64,000 nt of DNA from the NCBI GenBank assembly GCA_942491275.1, contig CALNZI010000004.1, positions 3,305 to 67,304 on the forward strand. Reading direction: 5' to 3'. The notes beneath the pieces are model-generated. The model did no database searches, had not been told where the DNA came from, and saw only the letters and a program-made list of their open reading frames with translations. Numbering within the stretch: the first letter of the stretch is position 1; every line of letters begins with the position of its first letter. Of this stretch, positions 43,476-54,072 are shown in pieces. Both the position numbers and the translations under genes were made by a program. This DNA is from Minisyncoccota bacterium (GTDB taxonomy: Bacteria; Patescibacteriota; Minisyncoccia; Phycocordibacterales; UBA9973).

Positions 43476-45776
43476 ATGATTACAGAAGATTTAACAAACT
43501 ATATTAAGAGCCAAATTGAACAAAATATTTCTAAAGAGGTGATTGTTTCAAAACTAGCTCAAGTTGGATGGAAATTGGAAGATATTGAAGAAGCTTTGGC
43601 GGAGGTGATTCAACCAATTAAAACAGAAGTTAAATCAGATCTAATTTCTGAAACACAGAAGGAAGTAGAAGAAAAAAGAGAAGAATATAAAGTAGACCCT
43701 TATCACGAACCCATTGATTTGGGGTCTGATCCTTTGGCCACTAATCTGGAGATTGAAAAAAACAAGTCCAATAAAGTTGAATCGCTTAGCCCTTCCACTG
43801 AAATGCTTGTAGAAGAAAAAAAAGAAGAAACATCAAAAATCTGGACTCCCACTACAATAAAACCAATAATAGAAGATCTTCCTCCTCTAGAAAATAAAGA
43901 AGTTGGGGATATTCCCAAAGAGGATACAACCGTTAAGTCTGTGAGCACTAGAACCATAGAGACTTTTCAGCTTGAATTAAATAAACCAAAAGAAGATAAA
44001 AAACCAGATCCAGTTAAACTTCCGGTGGAAGAAATTAAAATTGAAGGGATTCAAGAAGAAATTGAAAAAATTCCAAACCTAATTCCTAAAATGACATCTC
44101 AGGATGTAAAAAAAGAAGATCCCTCTTGGGATATTCCAACTCAACAGAGTCCTGAACCTAAATCAGCAGTAAAGCCAGAATTAAAGTCAGAGCCAGTTAT
44201 TAAGAAAATAGAAGATAATATTGATCCTTCTCAGATTAAACAGAATAGAATTTCTGATATGACCAGTAGTCTTTCTAAGAAAGCAATGATCTCATCGTAT
44301 TCTCAGGATTATATGTCTGCCAATAAACTAAAAGAAGAAGTTTCTAAGAGGAAAAAAAGTATTCTCTCAGGTTGGTTGATTTGGGTGGGAACATTTATTG
44401 TTTTAGTTGGGATAGTTCTTATGTTTACTGAAGGTTTCATAAAAATACCTAAGTTTGATTTATCATTTGTAAAAAAAGACCCAAAGATTGTTTTATTAAA
44501 TAGTACAAATAATCTTTCTTTACTTAAATCTTATAAGGTGGGAACTAAAGTGAGTATATCTTTTCCTTCTTTTTCAAACATAACATCAAGCTTAATGGAA
44601 GGAGAAAATCTTTCTTTCCAAGATAAAGACTCCTTTTCTTTCAAGGCTGATGGGATTGTTGATAAGAAAAATTCAACCTCAATCTTTTTTGATTATGATA
44701 TTGTTTTGAATAGTTCCATAATAGAAGATGAAATTAAAACAAATTTTAAGTATGACGGAAGAAGCTCTTTTGTGAACGTTCCAGATCTGAGTAAAAGTCT
44801 AGGGGAGAAATCTCCTTTAGTTGGATTAGTTTCAATTCCAAATGAACAACTCGACGAAATTAACCTTTTCCTTCCCGCTTCTATACAAGAGAAAGTTGGA
44901 AAAATAGAATTATCAAAGTTATTACCTAATAGTTTTTCAGATATTACCGGTAGTTATTTTAGCTTGTTATTTAAAAATTTTATAGGAGGGGTTGAAATGA
45001 TAAAGAAAGGGGAACAGGATATTGGTGGAATTCTTACGTATAACTATAGCTTGAGTGTTGATCGTGTATTTTTGAAAAAGTTTTTAAGCGATATCTTAAA
45101 TGTTGTACTACCGAATCTTTCTAATGAAGAAAAATTAGGCATGGATCAAATTTTAGGATCTGCTTCAGTGGATTCATTTGAAGTTTGGATAGGGAAGAAA
45201 GATGGAAATCTTTATAAATACAAATTTAAGTTGGCTGTCCCTCTTTCGAAAGTTATTGGACTAGACGACAAGACCATGGCGAATAATTCAGTTGTCTTGG
45301 ATTGGGAAACTAAATATTTTGACCTGGATTTACCTAACAGTGTGACAATTCCAGTCCAAACAATTGGGATGGATGATTTTGTAAATAATATTAATGACAC
45401 TAAAATTAAGAATTTAATATCATCCTTTTCTGTCTCAGCTAATGTGATGAAAAACGCTCTAGGTAATTACGGGAAGAAATCAAATTCAAAGGGAAGTTGT
45501 GTAGAACCTACCTCTGGATCATTATTTTCTCCACTTGGCCACACAAAAGGAGCTTCTACTGTTGTTGGAACCATTGCTAGTATTATGAATGAAATTACTA
45601 GCCAAACACAAGGTGTTTCAGCTTGTTATTCAACTTCTAAGAATTGGGCTATAGCTTCTCCTTTAATTAGTGATCCAGATTCTTATTTCTGTAGTGACAG
45701 TGAAGGGAATTCAGTTATTTTAAATGAATCTTTAACAGGAACAGTTTGTCCTGAAATTATTACAGAACAAGAGTAG
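43476..45776 (+). CDS. large hypothetical bitopic membrane protein (766 aa)
   Basis: Acidic/Lys-rich N-terminal ~290 aa, one TM helix (WLIWVGTFIVLVGIVLMF), and a ~450-aa C-terminal extracytoplasmic region ending in a Cys-containing domain. Confidence 0.6.
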   Translation: MITEDLTNYIKSQIEQNISKEVIVSKLAQVGWKLEDIEEALAEVIQPIKTEVKSDLISETQKEVEEKREEYKVDPYHEPIDLGSDPLATNLEIEKNKSNKVESLSPSTEMLVEEKKEETSKIWTPTTIKPIIEDLPPLENKEVGDIPKEDTTVKSVSTRTIETFQLELNKPKEDKKPDPVKLPVEEIKIEGIQEEIEKIPNLIPKMTSQDVKKEDPSWDIPTQQSPEPKSAVKPELKSEPVIKKIEDNIDPSQIKQNRISDMTSSLSKKAMISSYSQDYMSANKLKEEVSKRKKSILSGWLIWVGTFIVLVGIVLMFTEGFIKIPKFDLSFVKKDPKIVLLNSTNNLSLLKSYKVGTKVSISFPSFSNITSSLMEGENLSFQDKDSFSFKADGIVDKKNSTSIFFDYDIVLNSSIIEDEIKTNFKYDGRSSFVNVPDLSKSLGEKSPLVGLVSIPNEQLDEINLFLPASIQEKVGKIELSKLLPNSFSDITGSYFSLLFKNFIGGVEMIKKGEQDIGGILTYNYSLSVDRVFLKKFLSDILNVVLPNLSNEEKLGMDQILGSASVDSFEVWIGKKDGNLYKYKFKLAVPLSKVIGLDDKTMANNSVVLDWETKYFDLDLPNSVTIPVQTIGMDDFVNNINDTKIKNLISSFSVSANVMKNALGNYGKKSNSKGSCVEPTSGSLFSPLGHTKGASTVVGTIASIMNEITSQTQGVSACYSTSKNWAIASPLISDPDSYFCSDSEGNSVILNESLTGTVCPEIITEQE

Positions 45777-45850
45777 ATTTTTCTAGTACTAGATTTATAG
45801 GTGTTTTTCTGGTATAAATGTGTAGTCTCTGCTTAATGTAAAGAAATTAT

Positions 45851-45923
45851 GGTGCCTATGGTGTAACGGTTAACACTGGGGTTTGTGGAACCCTCGATAC
45901 CGGTTCGATTCCGGTTAGGCACC
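45851..45923 (+). tRNA. tRNA-His (GUG) with encoded G-1
   Basis: G-GTGCCTATGGTGTAACGGTTAACACTGGGGTTTGTGGAACCCTCGATACCGGTTCGATTCCGGTTAGGCAC-C. G-1 pairs with C73. Confidence 0.9.
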
Positions 45924-45974
45924 CCCTCAAACTTATCTTAGTAAAAAAAGAATATTATGATACCATAAAATTGT

Positions 45975-47489
45975 ATGAAAATAGCTTATGCAATTACTAG
46001 ATTCTTTTTTAAATATAGGTTGAAAAAGATAGAGAAAATGGGTAAAAATCCCATGGAAACCCAGGGTAAAGTTCTTAGGGGTCTTATTCGAAAAGCAAAA
46101 AACACAGAATGGGGCAAATTGTATAAATATGAGTCTATTTCGAGTATCGCCGAGTTTCAAAAAAATGTTCCAGTTTCTTCTTATGAAGATATTTTCCCTT
46201 TTATATCTAGAATGATGGAAGGAGAAAAAAATATTCTTTGGCCGGGTTTAATTCCTTATTTTTCTAAGTCTTCTGGAACGACGGAGACTAGAAGTAAATT
46301 TATTCCAGTTTCAAAAAATTCTTTAAAAGATTGTAATTTTAGAGCAGGGAAGGATGAGATTGTTTTTTATATAAAAAATAATCCGGAAGCTAAAATTTTT
46401 AAAGGGAAAAATCTTGTTGTTGCTGGTAGTTTAAATAAAATTAAAGACAGCCCTAAAATTTTTTGTGGAGATGTTTCAGCTATTATAACCAAAAATTTAC
46501 CTTTTTGGGCTGAATACTTTAGGACACCTTCTTTAGAAACAGCACTATTGGTTGATTATGAAGAAAAAATAGAAAGATTAGCAGAAGAATCAAGCAAAGA
46601 AAATGTTGTAAGTCTTGCAGGTGTTCCAACTTGGGTATCTTTACTCATTAAAAAAGTTTTGGAAAAGAAAAAAGTAAAGAATATTTTTGAAGTTTGGCCA
46701 AATTTAGAAGTTTTTTTTCATGGGGCTGTTTCTTTTAGTCCTTATCAAAAACTTTTTGAAGAATTATTACCTTCCTCTAAAATGAATTATATGGAAAACT
46801 ATAATGCTTCTGAAGGATTCTTTGCAATTCAAGATGATCTATCAAAGAAAGGAGAGATGATGTTAATGTTAGACTATGGTGTTTTTTATGAATTTGTTTT
46901 AGCTGAAGATTTAAATTCAAAAGATTCAAAATTTTTAACCATAGACCAAGTAGAAATTGGGGAAAATTATGCAATAGTTATTTCTACTAATGCCGGTCTT
47001 TGGCGGTATGCTATCGGAGATACAGTTTCTTTTACCAGTCTTTATCCTCATCGGATTAAAATAACAGGACGAACAAAACATTTTATTAATGCTTTCGGGG
47101 AAGAGGTAATTATTGATAATGCAGATAATGCTATAACTGAGGCTTGTTTTGTTACTGATTCTTTAATTTCTGAATATACTGCAGCCCCTATTTTTATGGG
47201 AGACGGGAAGAAGGGAGCTCATGAATGGATTATTGAATTTGAGAAAAAACCAGAGTCCATTGATAAATTTAGAGATGTTTTAGATTTAACTTTACGTAAA
47301 ATAAATTCTGACTATGATACTAGGCGTTTTAAAGATGTTATTATAGGTGCCCCCATAATAACAGTTGTTCCTTCAGGGACTTTCTATAAATGGATGAAAT
47401 CTCGTAAAAAACTTGGTGGGCAAAACAAAGTTCCGCGACTTTCTAATACTCGTGAGTATGTTGATGAAATATTAAGATTAATTAAATAA
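45975..47489 (+). CDS. GH3-family acyl-acid amido synthetase-like protein (adenylate-forming)
   Basis: FSKSSGTTETRSKFIPVS, YNASEGFF and RYAIGDTV, as I recall for bacterial GH3 auxin-responsive-promoter family proteins. Confidence 0.8.
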   Translation: MKIAYAITRFFFKYRLKKIEKMGKNPMETQGKVLRGLIRKAKNTEWGKLYKYESISSIAEFQKNVPVSSYEDIFPFISRMMEGEKNILWPGLIPYFSKSSGTTETRSKFIPVSKNSLKDCNFRAGKDEIVFYIKNNPEAKIFKGKNLVVAGSLNKIKDSPKIFCGDVSAIITKNLPFWAEYFRTPSLETALLVDYEEKIERLAEESSKENVVSLAGVPTWVSLLIKKVLEKKKVKNIFEVWPNLEVFFHGAVSFSPYQKLFEELLPSSKMNYMENYNASEGFFAIQDDLSKKGEMMLMLDYGVFYEFVLAEDLNSKDSKFLTIDQVEIGENYAIVISTNAGLWRYAIGDTVSFTSLYPHRIKITGRTKHFINAFGEEVIIDNADNAITEACFVTDSLISEYTAAPIFMGDGKKGAHEWIIEFEKKPESIDKFRDVLDLTLRKINSDYDTRRFKDVIIGAPIITVVPSGTFYKWMKSRKKLGGQNKVPRLSNTREYVDEILRLIK

Positions 47490-47508
47490 TATTTGATATA
47501 CTTTTTGT

Positions 47509-47757
47509 ATGAATATAACTTTAATGATTGGAGTAATGGGAGCATTGATTGTTCTGGTATTTTTTATATTAGAACAGACACATAAAATTAGTAATGATAG
47601 TATTTGGTATGATTTTGGTAATTTTGTAGGATCATCTCTATTGGTTATCTATGCCATTCTCCTTTCTAGTATTCCCTTTATAATTTTAAATGGATTTTGG
47701 GCCATCTTTTCACTTAGAGATGTGATATTAGATTTAAAAAGAAAAGAAGTGATATAA
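47509..47757 (+). CDS. small three-TM membrane protein
   Basis: Hydrophobic segments. tgatatact at 47494..47502 lies 6 nt before the ATG. Confidence 0.5.
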   Translation: MNITLMIGVMGALIVLVFFILEQTHKISNDSIWYDFGNFVGSSLLVIYAILLSSIPFIILNGFWAIFSLRDVILDLKRKEVI

Positions 47758-47764
47758 TATATTT

Positions 47765-48286
47765 ATGAAATCTCAAAAAAATAAAACAAAGAAAAAAGAG
47801 AAAATTGTAATGGTGAGTGGGGGATTTGATCCTGTCCACATTGGGCATGTACGATTGTTTAATAAAGCAAAAAAATTAGGGGATAAATTAATAATAGTAA
47901 TAAATAATGATAATTGGAAAAGAAAAAAAAGAAAACATGTATTTATGCCAGATTATGAAAGGAAAGAAATAATTGAAGCATTTTCTGCTGTGGATAAGGT
48001 ATTTATTAGTGGACATGATAAAAACCCAGAAGGACCCAAAGAAATGAGTGTAAGTAGAGAGTTGTCTAAAATAAAACCACATATTTTTGCTAATGGAGGA
48101 GATAGAAATGAAGAAGATGCACAGAATCCAAATTCTTCTTTGTATTATGATATAGAAACATGTAAAAAATTAGGTATAAAAATGGTTTTCAATGTTGGAC
48201 ATGGTGGAAAAGTTCAAAGCTCTTCTTGGTTAGTGGAAAAAAGTATCTTAGCAGAAACAAAAGATAGAAAACAAAAAAGGAAATAA
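47765..48286 (+). CDS. cytidylyltransferase-like nucleotidyltransferase (HIGH-motif family)
   Basis: VSGGFDPVHIGHVRLFNKAKKLG. Confidence 0.8.
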   Translation: MKSQKNKTKKKEKIVMVSGGFDPVHIGHVRLFNKAKKLGDKLIIVINNDNWKRKKRKHVFMPDYERKEIIEAFSAVDKVFISGHDKNPEGPKEMSVSRELSKIKPHIFANGGDRNEEDAQNPNSSLYYDIETCKKLGIKMVFNVGHGGKVQSSSWLVEKSILAETKDRKQKRK

Positions 48287-48933
48287 TGAACATTTTTAAA
48301 ATTAACATTCCAAAACAAATCATTTTATTAACTATTTTAGTTGTAATTTTGGTTATTACTAGAATCTTTATGTTTGATAGTTTTTCTTTAATTTATATTT
48401 TATGGAATGTCTTTTTGGCCATACTTCCTTTTTTAATTAGTTTATTTTTACTACATCGAGTTAAGTTAAATAAAATTAATAGGGTTGTGTTTATTATAGG
48501 AGTAATATTTTGGTTATTACTTTTACCCAATGCTCCCTACTTAGTTACAGATCTTATTCACGTGGGTGTTGTCTATAAAGTTCCAGCTTTATACGATTCC
48601 ATTCTATTATTTAGTTCGGCTTGGGTGGGAATGCTTTTGGGAATGCACTCACTTTTACATATGGAAAAGATAGTCCGTATAAGATATTCGGGCTGGAGGG
48701 TAAATATGATTATTTCAATAATCCTATTGTTAACTTCTTTTGGTATGTATCTAGGTAGGTTTCTTCGTTTTAATAGTTGGGATATCTTTGTTAATCATTC
48801 ATCAATCTTGAAAAGTACTTGGAAATTACTATCTCAATCTAGCGAGCATTTGAATGCTTATTTATATATAGGGCTATTTTTCTCTTTTCTTCTATTTTCT
48901 TACCATGCTTGGAGAAGTACACAGATAAAATAA
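48286..48933 (+). CDS. DUF1361-like integral membrane protein
   Basis: LLPNAPYLVTDLIHV and RFNSWDIF, as I recall for DUF1361. Start overlaps the upstream stop. Confidence 0.55.
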   Translation: MNIFKINIPKQIILLTILVVILVITRIFMFDSFSLIYILWNVFLAILPFLISLFLLHRVKLNKINRVVFIIGVIFWLLLLPNAPYLVTDLIHVGVVYKVPALYDSILLFSSAWVGMLLGMHSLLHMEKIVRIRYSGWRVNMIISIILLLTSFGMYLGRFLRFNSWDIFVNHSSILKSTWKLLSQSSEHLNAYLYIGLFFSFLLFSYHAWRSTQIK

Positions 48934-48985
48934 CCCTTTGTTCGAATTATTTGTGTTATAATTTACCAATAGAAGAACCTTATTT

Positions 48986-50203
48986 ATGGTAATAAAAAAA
49001 CTAAAATCTAAAAAAGTAAATAAAAAGAAAAAAGTAATTAAGAAAGTTACTCTTAAGAGTGTTACTAAAAAATTAAAACTAAAATCTAAAAAAGTAGTTA
49101 AGAAAAAGGTTACAAAGAAGAAAAAAGATTTATCTCTTAAATTAATAAAAACAGGACAAAATCCTATTCTTTCGCCGAGTTATTATCCTTGGGAATCTCA
49201 GGGAGTTTTTAATCCAGGTTCAATATATATAAACAATAAGGTACATCTTTTTTATCGTGCTCTTGGAGACGATGGTATTTCTCGTGTGGGATATGCTTCC
49301 AGTGAAGATGGAATTCATTTTGAAGAAAGATTGTTGTATCCTATTTATTCTTTCAAAAGTTCGGAAGAGATGAAAGAACATTGGCCATTTACCTCTCCGG
49401 CTCGTCCCACTTACAATAGAGACTTATATGCTTCTGGAGGTGGATGGGGTGGCTGTGAAGACCCAAGAATGGTTTTGATAGATGGATATGTTTATATGAC
49501 ATTTAATGTTTTTAATGGCTGGGATTCTTTAAGAGTTGCTGTGACCTCAATTAAGGAGGAAGATTTATTGAATAAAAAATGGAATTGGACTAATTTTTCT
49601 TATCTTACAAAATTAGGTGATAGACAAAAAAATTGGGTTTTATTTCCAGAAAAATTTAATGGGAAATTTGCAATTTTTCATAATTTAGACAAAGGTGATC
49701 CTAATAGAGTTCATATCAGTTATGTGAATAAATTAGATTCATCAGAAACACCAATGGGTAGTGATATTAATAGTGAAGCACCTGATCCACAAATTTTACC
49801 AGATCATATTGTGGCTTGGCATAAAAGGACTCGCAGTGCAGCTTCTCCTCCCATTAGAACAAAAGATGGCTGGTTGCTTTTGTATCATGCTATGGATAAA
49901 GATGGAACTGAACGATACAAATTAGGAGCTATGTTGTTGGACCTTAAGGATCCAGAGAAAGTTCTTTATAGAGCTCAACATCCAATACTTGAACCGAACG
50001 AATGGTATGAAAATGATTGGAAACCAGGAATCGTTTATGCTAATGGATCCATTGTTAAGAACGATAGATTGTTTGTTTACTATGGAGGAGGAGATAAATA
50101 TGTGGCAGTAGCTTCTGTTGTTCTTAACGACTTACTAGATAGTTTAAAGAAAGGTAAGCCTGTTAAGATGAAGAAAGAAAGAAAAATAAAATCAGTTAAA
50201 TAA
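48986..50203 (+). CDS. GH130-family glycoside phosphorylase/hydrolase-like protein with ~50-aa poly-lysine N-terminal extension
   Basis: N-terminus KKLKSKKVNKKKKVIKKVTLKSVTKKLKLKSKKVVKKKVTKKKK. Then NPILSP...GVFNPG...YRA...GCEDPR...YYGGGD (five-bladed beta-propeller GH130/DUF377 pattern). Confidence 0.75.
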   Translation: MVIKKLKSKKVNKKKKVIKKVTLKSVTKKLKLKSKKVVKKKVTKKKKDLSLKLIKTGQNPILSPSYYPWESQGVFNPGSIYINNKVHLFYRALGDDGISRVGYASSEDGIHFEERLLYPIYSFKSSEEMKEHWPFTSPARPTYNRDLYASGGGWGGCEDPRMVLIDGYVYMTFNVFNGWDSLRVAVTSIKEEDLLNKKWNWTNFSYLTKLGDRQKNWVLFPEKFNGKFAIFHNLDKGDPNRVHISYVNKLDSSETPMGSDINSEAPDPQILPDHIVAWHKRTRSAASPPIRTKDGWLLLYHAMDKDGTERYKLGAMLLDLKDPEKVLYRAQHPILEPNEWYENDWKPGIVYANGSIVKNDRLFVYYGGGDKYVAVASVVLNDLLDSLKKGKPVKMKKERKIKSVK

Positions 50204-50205
50204 TT

Positions 50206-52146
50206 ATGTATGTAGCAAAAAAATCAATTTACAATCCTATAGTTTTACCCAATAGAGATCATCATTGGGAAGAGTTTGCTACTTTTAATATGTGTCCCAT
50301 TAAAAAAGGGAAGACTATTTATGGTTTGTACCGAGCTATCTCGGCTGTTGATAGAATAGCAGCCCAACCCCAGTTTTCAGTTATAGGAATTGGAAAAAGT
50401 AAAGATGGAATTCATTTTGAAGATAGAGTTCCTTTTATTGAGCCTCAAGAAGAATGGGATATTAATGGATGCGAAGATCCTAGAGTAACTTTTTTTGAAG
50501 GGAAGTATTATATTTTTTATACAGCCCTTTCTAAATACCCATTTGGAGCGGAAGGGATTAAAGTCGGGCTAGCGGTTTCAAAGGACTTAAAAAAAGTAGA
50601 CAGACGACATTTAATTACACCTTTTAATGCAAAAGCCATGACTCTTTTTCCAGAACGTATTAATGGGAAAATCACAGTTATTTTTTCAGCCAATACAGAT
50701 AAACCACCAGCTAAGATTTGCTTTGCCCAATTCGATAAAATAGAAGAATTGTGGGATCCTAAATATTGGGAGAAGTGGATTAAAGATATTGATAAACATG
50801 CCATTGATTTTAATCGAACACCCTATGATCATTTAGAAATTGGGGCACCTCCTGTTAAAACAAAAGATGGATGGCTTTTGGTTTATTCTCATATTCAAAA
50901 TTATTTTTCCGGACCTGAAAATTTAGATAGGATTTTTGGAATTGAGGCACTTCTTTTAGACTTGAAAGATCCAACAAACATTGTTGGTCGGACAAAGGGC
51001 CCAATTTTAGTTCCAGAAGAAGCCTACGAGATGTCCGGTTACGTGGGGAATGTAATTTTCCCAACGGGATCTTTAATTGAAAAAAATATTTTAACTATCT
51101 ATTATGGAGCTGCCGATACAACAGTTTGTGTTGCAAGAGTTAATTTAAATGATTTAATTCCTACGATGCTTTTTAATAAAGCAAAAGAGAGAAGTTTTAA
51201 GCGTTTTAAGGAGAATCCAATAATTGAACCAAGAGAAAATCATTTATGGGAATTTCAAGGAACCTTTAATCCGGCGGCTATATTACTGGAAGGGAAAGTT
51301 CATATATTATATCGAGCTTTTTCCAACGACAATACTTCAACATTTGGCTATGCCTCAAGTGATGATGGAGTTAATATTAAGTTAAGACTCCCTGAACCTG
51401 TTTATGTTCCGAGAGAAGATTTTGAGATGAAAAAGAGAACTAATGGTTTTTCTGGTTGTGAAGACCCTCGTTTAACAAAAATAGGAAAGACAATTTATGT
51501 TTGTTATACAGCCTATAATGGAGTTGATTCTCCAAGAGTGGCGGTATCTTCAATTTCAGAAAAAGATTTTATTTCTCGAAAATGGAATTGGACTGATCCA
51601 ATATTAATTACACCACCTGGTTTGGATGATAAAGATACTTGCTTATTCCCTCAGAAGTTTAAAGATGGTTATTTTATTTTACATCGTGTTGGAAATGAAA
51701 TTTGTGGAGATTATTTAGATTCCCTTGATTTTAAAAATAATATGGTTGATAAATGTATTCGAGCCTTTGGTCCAAGAAAAAATGCTTGGGATAGTTCTAA
51801 AATTGGAATTACCGCTCCTCCTTTAAAGACGAAGTATGGCTGGCTACTTCTTTATCATGGTGTTTCAAAAAGTCATAATACCTATCGTGTTGGAGCTGTT
51901 CTTCTTGACCTAAAAGATCCAACTATTGTTTTATCTCGAAGTACTGATCCGATTTTTGAACCTCAAGAGGATTATGAAAAAAATGGATTTGTTAATAATG
52001 TAGTTTTTCCTTGTGGAATGGTTCTAAGGGGTAAAGATTTATATATTTACTATGGAGGAGCAGATAGAGTTGTTGGCGTAGCCAAGATGAAACTTTCCAC
52101 GATTATAAAAACTCTAGTGAATGGTGAAAAATTCAATGAATATTAG
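50206..52146 (+). CDS. tandem double GH130-domain protein
   Basis: Two successive copies of the ...FN...YRA...GCEDPR...YYG(A/G)AD pattern (aa ~1-320 and ~330-646). Confidence 0.75.
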   Translation: MYVAKKSIYNPIVLPNRDHHWEEFATFNMCPIKKGKTIYGLYRAISAVDRIAAQPQFSVIGIGKSKDGIHFEDRVPFIEPQEEWDINGCEDPRVTFFEGKYYIFYTALSKYPFGAEGIKVGLAVSKDLKKVDRRHLITPFNAKAMTLFPERINGKITVIFSANTDKPPAKICFAQFDKIEELWDPKYWEKWIKDIDKHAIDFNRTPYDHLEIGAPPVKTKDGWLLVYSHIQNYFSGPENLDRIFGIEALLLDLKDPTNIVGRTKGPILVPEEAYEMSGYVGNVIFPTGSLIEKNILTIYYGAADTTVCVARVNLNDLIPTMLFNKAKERSFKRFKENPIIEPRENHLWEFQGTFNPAAILLEGKVHILYRAFSNDNTSTFGYASSDDGVNIKLRLPEPVYVPREDFEMKKRTNGFSGCEDPRLTKIGKTIYVCYTAYNGVDSPRVAVSSISEKDFISRKWNWTDPILITPPGLDDKDTCLFPQKFKDGYFILHRVGNEICGDYLDSLDFKNNMVDKCIRAFGPRKNAWDSSKIGITAPPLKTKYGWLLLYHGVSKSHNTYRVGAVLLDLKDPTIVLSRSTDPIFEPQEDYEKNGFVNNVVFPCGMVLRGKDLYIYYGGADRVVGVAKMKLSTIIKTLVNGEKFNEY

Positions 52147-52197
52147 GAATTAGTGCAATTTATAAAATTATTTGGTAGAGTAAATAAAGGGCATTTC

Positions 52198-53988
52198 ATG
52201 CCTTTTATTGTTATGGAGAAAGACTATTCAAATTTACATAGAGGCCTTGTTATTAAATACTTTTGGCAAGTTCTAAGGAATTTTAAGGTTTCGTTTTTTA
52301 TCACTATTTCAAGTGGAATAATTTCTGCTATTTTAGATATTTACATACCTTTGCAATTTCTTAAATTATGGAATATCTTGAGTCTTAATGATTTTAGCCT
52401 TGCAGGACAAGCTCAGCACGTTGTAATTATAATTTTTATATTAGGATTAACTAACTGGGGACTCAGAAGAGTTCGAGGTTTTTCTCATTCCTATTTTCAA
52501 TCCAACACAATGGCGGGACTTCGTCATCAAGCCTTTTCATATATGATAGGGCATTCCCATACTTTTTTTGCTAATAATTTTGGAGGATCATTAACTCAAA
52601 AAATAAATAAATATGCTAGAGCTTTTGAGAAATTATTAGATAGGGCTATTGAAGATGGATTACCTCTAACAGTAAGATCTGTGGGAACTGTTATTGCTAT
52701 TTATACTCTTGTTCCTAAATATGCTTACATTTTAACTATTTTTTGTGTTGTATTTATAGCAACCGCTTTAATTTATACTCGGTTAAAATTAAAATATGAT
52801 GTGATTGCTTCCAGAGCGGACACTAAAACTACGGGTGTTTTAGCTGATTCAATTAGTAATCACTCATCTATTCAACTTTTTGCTGGGCATGATTATGAAA
52901 AAGAACGAGTAGGTAGTGTTATTAATAAACAGAAAAAAGCGACAGTTTTTAATTGGTATTTATGGGAAGGGCTGGGAGGTCTTCAGTCTTTGTATGCAGT
53001 TACTATTGAATTTATAGTTTTTTGGATAGCTATTGGAGATTGGAAGGCCGGTTTAATTGGTTTGCCCGTATTAGTTTTGATTCAAGGTTATTTGATTCGT
53101 TTAATTGAAAGTCTCTGGAGATTTGCTGGGATAGTTAGAGTTTTCTACGATAGTTTCGCTGACGCCCAAGAAATGGCTCTTATTCTTGATACTCCATATG
53201 GAATTGAAGATAAAACAACTGAAGTTTTGAAAAAAATTAGAGGTGAGGTTAAATTTGAAAAAGTTACTTACATATATGATAAAAATAATATAAAAGTTTT
53301 TGATGATTTTTCTATTACCATTCCGGCGGGACAAAAAATTGCTTTGGTTGGAACTTCTGGAGCAGGGAAGTCTACTTTTGTAAATCTTCTTATGAGATTA
53401 TTTAATTTAACATCGGGAGAAATTTTAATTGATGATGTTAACATTAGTGAAATTTCTCAGCAAAATTTACGAGAACAAATTGCTTTTGTTCCACAGGATC
53501 CAGCTTTATTTCATCGTTCTTTGATGGAGAATATTCGTTATGGAAGAAGGGATGCTTCTGATGAAGAAGTTAAGGTGGCTGCATCTTTAGCTAATTGTGA
53601 TGATTTTATTGATAAATTACCAGCAGGCTATGATACTTATGTAGGAGAAAGAGGAGTGAAACTTTCAGGAGGAGAACGCCAGAGAGTTGCTATCGCCAGA
53701 GCAATCCTTAAAAATGCACCAATCCTTGTTTTAGATGAAGCCACTTCTGCTCTTGATTCAGAATCTGAATTACTTATTCGTGATGCTCTCCGTAATTTAA
53801 TTCAAAATAAAACAACAATTGTTATTGCCCACAGACTTTCAACTATTAGAGAAATGGATAGGATTGTTGTTGTTTCAGAAGGAAAGATTGTTGAAGATGC
53901 AAATCATGAAGAATTGATAAATAAAAAATCTGGTATTTATAAAAAACTTTGGAATATTCAAGCTGGAGGTTTTGAAGAGTTGCTATAA
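52198..53988 (+). CDS. ABC exporter, fused permease plus ATPase (MsbA-like)
   Basis: Six-TM N-terminal domain. Walker A GTSGAGKST, signature LSGGERQR, Walker B ILVLDEATSALD. Start uncertain (52153 GTG, 52198 or 52213 ATG). Confidence 0.9.
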   Translation: MPFIVMEKDYSNLHRGLVIKYFWQVLRNFKVSFFITISSGIISAILDIYIPLQFLKLWNILSLNDFSLAGQAQHVVIIIFILGLTNWGLRRVRGFSHSYFQSNTMAGLRHQAFSYMIGHSHTFFANNFGGSLTQKINKYARAFEKLLDRAIEDGLPLTVRSVGTVIAIYTLVPKYAYILTIFCVVFIATALIYTRLKLKYDVIASRADTKTTGVLADSISNHSSIQLFAGHDYEKERVGSVINKQKKATVFNWYLWEGLGGLQSLYAVTIEFIVFWIAIGDWKAGLIGLPVLVLIQGYLIRLIESLWRFAGIVRVFYDSFADAQEMALILDTPYGIEDKTTEVLKKIRGEVKFEKVTYIYDKNNIKVFDDFSITIPAGQKIALVGTSGAGKSTFVNLLMRLFNLTSGEILIDDVNISEISQQNLREQIAFVPQDPALFHRSLMENIRYGRRDASDEEVKVAASLANCDDFIDKLPAGYDTYVGERGVKLSGGERQRVAIARAILKNAPILVLDEATSALDSESELLIRDALRNLIQNKTTIVIAHRLSTIREMDRIVVVSEGKIVEDANHEELINKKSGIYKKLWNIQAGGFEELL

Positions 53989-54072
53989 AAATGAAAGAGA
54001 AGGGGATAACAGTTGCCATTTTGTAAAATGGCAACTGTTTGTATTTGTTGTCAATTATTGTATTATTTAAAT

